Sequence record: DRR723986_4988
Length of the DNA stretch: 48,959 nt
Reading direction: 5' to 3' (one strand)
A program made the position numbers and the translations under genes. Shown one piece after another: positions 45,592 to 48,959 of this stretch. The notes under the pieces are model-generated. The model was not told where the DNA came from and made no database searches. It saw only the letters and a list, made by a program, of their open reading frames with translations. Each line of letters begins with the position of its first letter. The stretch's first letter is position 1.

Positions 45592-45620
45592 GATCTTGAT
45601 CCTCGATGAGTGTGGTTTGG

Positions 45621-47039
45621 CTAGATGATGCGACGCAACAGGCTCAGCAGCGCCATGGTGCGACCGGAGTAGGGTGGTTGGAACATGCCCAGCGAGTAGG
45701 GCCAGGAGGGCGAGTAGAACACCGGCTTCTCCTTGGAAAAAGTACGAAACCCGGCCTCGCCGTGATAGGCGCCGGAGCCGCTGGCACCGACCCCACCGAA
45801 GGGCTGGTCTTCCTGGGCAAAGTGCCAGATGGCGTCATTGATTGTCACGCCGCCGCTGATGGTTTCGCGCAGCACCTGCTCGCGACGGGCCTTGTCCCGG
45901 CCAAACCAGTACAGGGCGAGCGGACGCGGGCGGGCATTGACGTAAGCCAGGGCGTCCTCTGCTGTGTCGTAAGACACAAGCGGCAGCAGGGGTCCGAAGA
46001 TTTCCTCCTGCATGACCGCCAGGGACGGGTCGGGGTCCAGCAGCAGTTGCAGTGGCATCCGCCGCTCTTTATCGGTCGTCGGCTCCCCGGCGGACAGGAT
46101 CTCGGTGCCTGCGCTGCGGGCTGTTTGCAACAGCTCCCTGAGCCGTCCGTAGTGGCGGGGTGACACGATAGAACACAGGTCAGTGTTGTACTCCGGGTTG
46201 GGATACAGTGCCTGCGATTCGGCGATAACTGACCTGGCGAACTCATCACGCAGCTTGCGCGGGACCAGGACATAGTCCGGGGCGATACAAATCTGGCCGC
46301 CGTTGAACAGTTTGGCAAAGGCCAGCCGGCGTGCGGCTGCTTTAAGGTCGGCCGACTCGTCGATGATGACCGGGCTTTTGCCGCCCAGTTCCAGGGTGAC
46401 CGGGGTAAGGTTTTCCGCCGCCGCCTTCGCGACCAGGCGTCCGACCGTAGTCGAGCCGGTGTAGAGCAGGTGATCGAAGGGCAGCGAACTGAAAGCCCCG
46501 GCCAGTTCCGGCGGTCCGGGAAAGACTGCAAATTCGTCGGCGTCGAAGTTCTCCGCGACCATTTGCGCTATCAGGCCGGCCGTGTTCGGAGTGATTTCGC
46601 TCGGTTTCAACATGACCCGATTGCCGGCCGCTAGCGCCGCAATGGCCGGACCGATCGCCAGGTTGTAGGCGAGATTCCAGGGGGCGACGATACCCACCAC
46701 CCCCAGGGGTTGGGGCAGCAGGCGGTTGTATCCCGGGCGAAATGGCGGTGCCGTCGGCATCCGCTTGACCTGCATCCACTGCTTCAGCCGCCGACGGGTA
46801 TTACGCGCATTCGCGGTTGTGCCGAAGACTTCCACCATGGTGGTTTCCACGGGTGCCCGATTACCGAAATCCGCCGAGGCCGCCTCGATAATCTGCGTCT
46901 GGTAACGCGCCGTCATATCGATGATGCGGTCGATTTTCTCCCTGCGTTGCGCGAGGCTGGGGTACGGATTCTGGGCAAATGCCGCGCGCTGACTCTGCAG
47001 GTGCTCCTGCAATACTTCCTGGTGATCCTGTTGCAACAT
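45621..47039 (-). CDS. Coniferyl aldehyde dehydrogenase-like (CalB/ALDH3 family)
   Basis: PQPLGVVGIVAPWN, KPSE, FDHLLYTGS, LELGGKSP, GQICIAPDY, EEIFGP, PFGGVG.SG; ATG 47039 after AGGAG. Confidence 0.9.
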   Translation of the reverse strand: MLQQDHQEVLQEHLQSQRAAFAQNPYPSLAQRREKIDRIIDMTARYQTQIIEAASADFGNRAPVETTMVEVFGTTANARNTRRRLKQWMQVKRMPTAPPFRPGYNRLLPQPLGVVGIVAPWNLAYNLAIGPAIAALAAGNRVMLKPSEITPNTAGLIAQMVAENFDADEFAVFPGPPELAGAFSSLPFDHLLYTGSTTVGRLVAKAAAENLTPVTLELGGKSPVIIDESADLKAAARRLAFAKLFNGGQICIAPDYVLVPRKLRDEFARSVIAESQALYPNPEYNTDLCSIVSPRHYGRLRELLQTARSAGTEILSAGEPTTDKERRMPLQLLLDPDPSLAVMQEEIFGPLLPLVSYDTAEDALAYVNARPRPLALYWFGRDKARREQVLRETISGGVTINDAIWHFAQEDQPFGGVGASGSGAYHGEAGFRTFSKEKPVFYSPSWPYSLGMFQPPYSGRTMALLSLLRRII

Positions 47040-47178
47040 TGGACGCTCCTGACAGGCTGTCCCGGCTGGTGGATGGTGTGCTGCTATGTTGCCGATCAGG
47101 GTCTTGCAAGCGCGCTTCCCGGACAAGGTTGCCAAGTGCCACGCGGGGGGTGAAAATGTGCCACATCAGGAGGGTGAT

Positions 47179-48252
47179 ATGGCACAGAGCCAGCAGACGG
47201 CTGCGTCGGAGTGGCCGCCGCGACAGGGCGACAGGGACCAGGGCTTGCTTGGCTTGCGCGCTCTGGTTGACGAAATGGCTGCACAGGGAGTGAGCGAGGA
47301 GCTGCTGTTCAGCGGCACAGCAATGACGCCCGAGTTGCTGGACGAGCCGGGGCTGTCGCTGACCACCGAGCAGAAATTGCGCATCTTCGCCAACGCCCGT
47401 GATGCCGCCCAGCTGAGCGACTTTGCTTTGCGGGCCGGCCAGCGCCAGCGGGTCAGCGATTTCGGTATCTATGGTTACGCCATGGCGAGCAGCGCCACCA
47501 TGGGTGATGCCCTCAGTATGGGTTTCCGGCACCTGCCGCTCGCCGGCCCGGTGCTGAATATCAGCTTTGAACTCACCGCCGAAGAGGGCATATTCCGCAG
47601 CCATGAGCCGGAGCAACTCGGTGATTTGCTGCCGATTGCCGCCGAGTTCTGGCGCGCGTCCATGCACACCCTGTTAAGCGCGATTCTTGAAGCGCCATTT
47701 CCCAACACGCGGATGCTGCTGCCGTATAAACGACCGGCGCACTGGCGTGTTTACGAGCAGCTCTTCGCCTGCCCGGTGCTGTTTGAGCAGGATGCCATGG
47801 AATGGCACTTTGACCGGGCCGTCATCGAACAGTCCTGCCCCAGTGCGAACCCGGTTACGGCGCAGATGTGCCAGCGGCTCTGTGACCAGATCCTGCAGGA
47901 GGCTATCGATGACGCGCCGCTGGTCAGGGAAGTTCGCGCCGTCTGCCTCAATGCTTCCGGCGCGTTTCCCGATGCCAGAGCCATGTCCGAACGGCTCGGG
48001 ATGTCCCTGCGCACGCTGCACCGGCGGTTGGCACGTGAGGGGTTCAGCTATAAACAGGTGGTCGATGGTGTCCGTAAATCGCTGGCGCTGGAATTCCTGT
48101 CCGCCACGTCGATAACGGTTGAGGAAGTGGCCGACCGGGTTGGCTATTCGGATGCGGCCAATTTTCGCAAAGCCTTCAGGCGCTGGACGGGACAGGCTCC
48201 GGCCGAGTACCGCGCCCATTTGCACAGCGACAGGGCGCCGGGCCTGGGCTGA
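47179..48252 (+). CDS. AraC family transcriptional regulator (OruR-like N-terminal domain)
   Basis: DFGIYGYAMASS, LFACPVLF, LGMSLRTLHRRL, EVADRVGYSDAANFRKAFRRWTG; AGGAGG RBS. Confidence 0.93.
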   Translation: MAQSQQTAASEWPPRQGDRDQGLLGLRALVDEMAAQGVSEELLFSGTAMTPELLDEPGLSLTTEQKLRIFANARDAAQLSDFALRAGQRQRVSDFGIYGYAMASSATMGDALSMGFRHLPLAGPVLNISFELTAEEGIFRSHEPEQLGDLLPIAAEFWRASMHTLLSAILEAPFPNTRMLLPYKRPAHWRVYEQLFACPVLFEQDAMEWHFDRAVIEQSCPSANPVTAQMCQRLCDQILQEAIDDAPLVREVRAVCLNASGAFPDARAMSERLGMSLRTLHRRLAREGFSYKQVVDGVRKSLALEFLSATSITVEEVADRVGYSDAANFRKAFRRWTGQAPAEYRAHLHSDRAPGLG

Positions 48253-48272
48253 CCCGGTTGTGGGGACGAGGC

Positions 48273-48959
48273 TCAGGCGACCGCGTCTTCCGCCACGAAG
48301 TACTGTGGGTCCTCGATGACATTGACTTCCACGAGGCTGCCGGCCTTTTTCAACAGCTGGCGGCAGTCGGCGCTCAGGTGAACAAGGTGCAGGGTTTTGC
48401 CCGCGTTGAGATAGCGTTCCGCCAGGGTATCTATAGCCTCGAGGCCTGAGTGATCACACACGCGTGACCCTGCGAAGTCAACGATCACGTCATCGTTCGC
48501 CCCAGCGGGATCGAACTGTTCCATGAACGAGGTAACCGAGCCGAAAAACAGGGGCCCGTGCACGGCATAGACGGTGGAGCCCTTGTGATCTTCCATGGTG
48601 TCGACCCGGATCTGCTTGGCGTGCTCCCAGGCAAACACCAGGGCCGAGACAATCACACCCACGACCACGGCGACCGCGAGATCAGTCGCAACCGTGACCG
48701 CCGATACCAGAACCAGCACCAGGGCATCGCTGCGGGGTACCTTGCGGATGACGCGGAAGCTACTCCATTCGAACGTGCCTATCACGACGATGAACATCAC
48801 GCCGATCAGCGCAGCCAGGGGTATCTGTTCAATCAGTGGGGATGCCACCAGGATGAACACCAGCAGGAACAACGCTGCCGCTATCCCGGAAAGCCGACCG
48901 CGACCGCCGGAATTCACATTGATCATACTCTGGCCGATCATGGCGCAGCCGCCCATGCC
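48273..48959 (-). CDS. SulP family anion transporter with STAS domain, 3' part; truncated by window end
   Basis: [39 protein letters not shown] motif DF..SRV.DHSG. Confidence 0.93.
   Translation of the reverse strand, partial: GMGGCAMIGQSMINVNSGGRGRLSGIAAALFLLVFILVASPLIEQIPLAALIGVMFIVVIGTFEWSSFRVIRKVPRSDALVLVLVSAVTVATDLAVAVVVGVIVSALVFAWEHAKQIRVDTMEDHKGSTVYAVHGPLFFGSVTSFMEQFDPAGANDDVIVDFAGSRVCDHSGLEAIDTLAERYLNAGKTLHLVHLSADCRQLLKKAGSLVEVNVIEDPQYFVAEDAVA

Noticed and set aside
47125-47165. Possible sigma54 promoter from minus-strand TGGCAC hexamers
   Set aside because: No TTGC at the required spacing after either TGGCAC
1-48959. tRNA, rRNA, CRISPR, IS, prophage or defence systems
   Set aside because: None recognised by eye; intergenic spaces are short and composition looks uniform. 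tRNAscan, Infernal and defence-system scans were not run

Overview
GC-rich (roughly 60-65% by eye), gene-dense chromosomal window. Gene content and style suggest a marine gammaproteobacterium, possibly Halieaceae/OM60-NOR5 (inference only). I can support about 46 CDS and found no rRNA, tRNA, CRISPR array, transposase, integrase or phage gene. Housekeeping and transport genes include yghU (partial), a Ca/Na antiporter, fumC, a RimK ligase with a C-terminal RCK_C domain, mgtE, an M32 carboxypeptidase, a GST, an Atm1-type ABC exporter, nagA, a multidrug ABC exporter, deaD, an EmrAB-type pump with a tandem-domain MarR, and SulP (partial). Three regions stand out. (1) A His-rich DUF2946-like leader ORF ending in RSPP sits upstream of an OprC-like TonB receptor; an anti-Shine-Dalgarno sequence at the leader's stop codon points to ribosome-stalling, metal-responsive control, and both proteins lack a canonical Cys ligand. 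(2) An IclR-linked catabolic cluster of unknown substrate (TonB receptor, VOC enzyme, flavodoxin, PaaK-like CoA ligase, half-size MetE-like Zn enzyme, citrate-synthase-fold protein with substituted catalytic residues, alpha/beta hydrolase) has visible palindromic operators. (3) An AraC-linked cluster encodes a CalB-type aldehyde dehydrogenase, a crotonase, a CoA-transferase and fumarylacetoacetase. A degenerate glycine-riboswitch-like segment and an AT-rich promoter with an IHF site were also seen. All calls come from motif recognition by eye; no searches were run.
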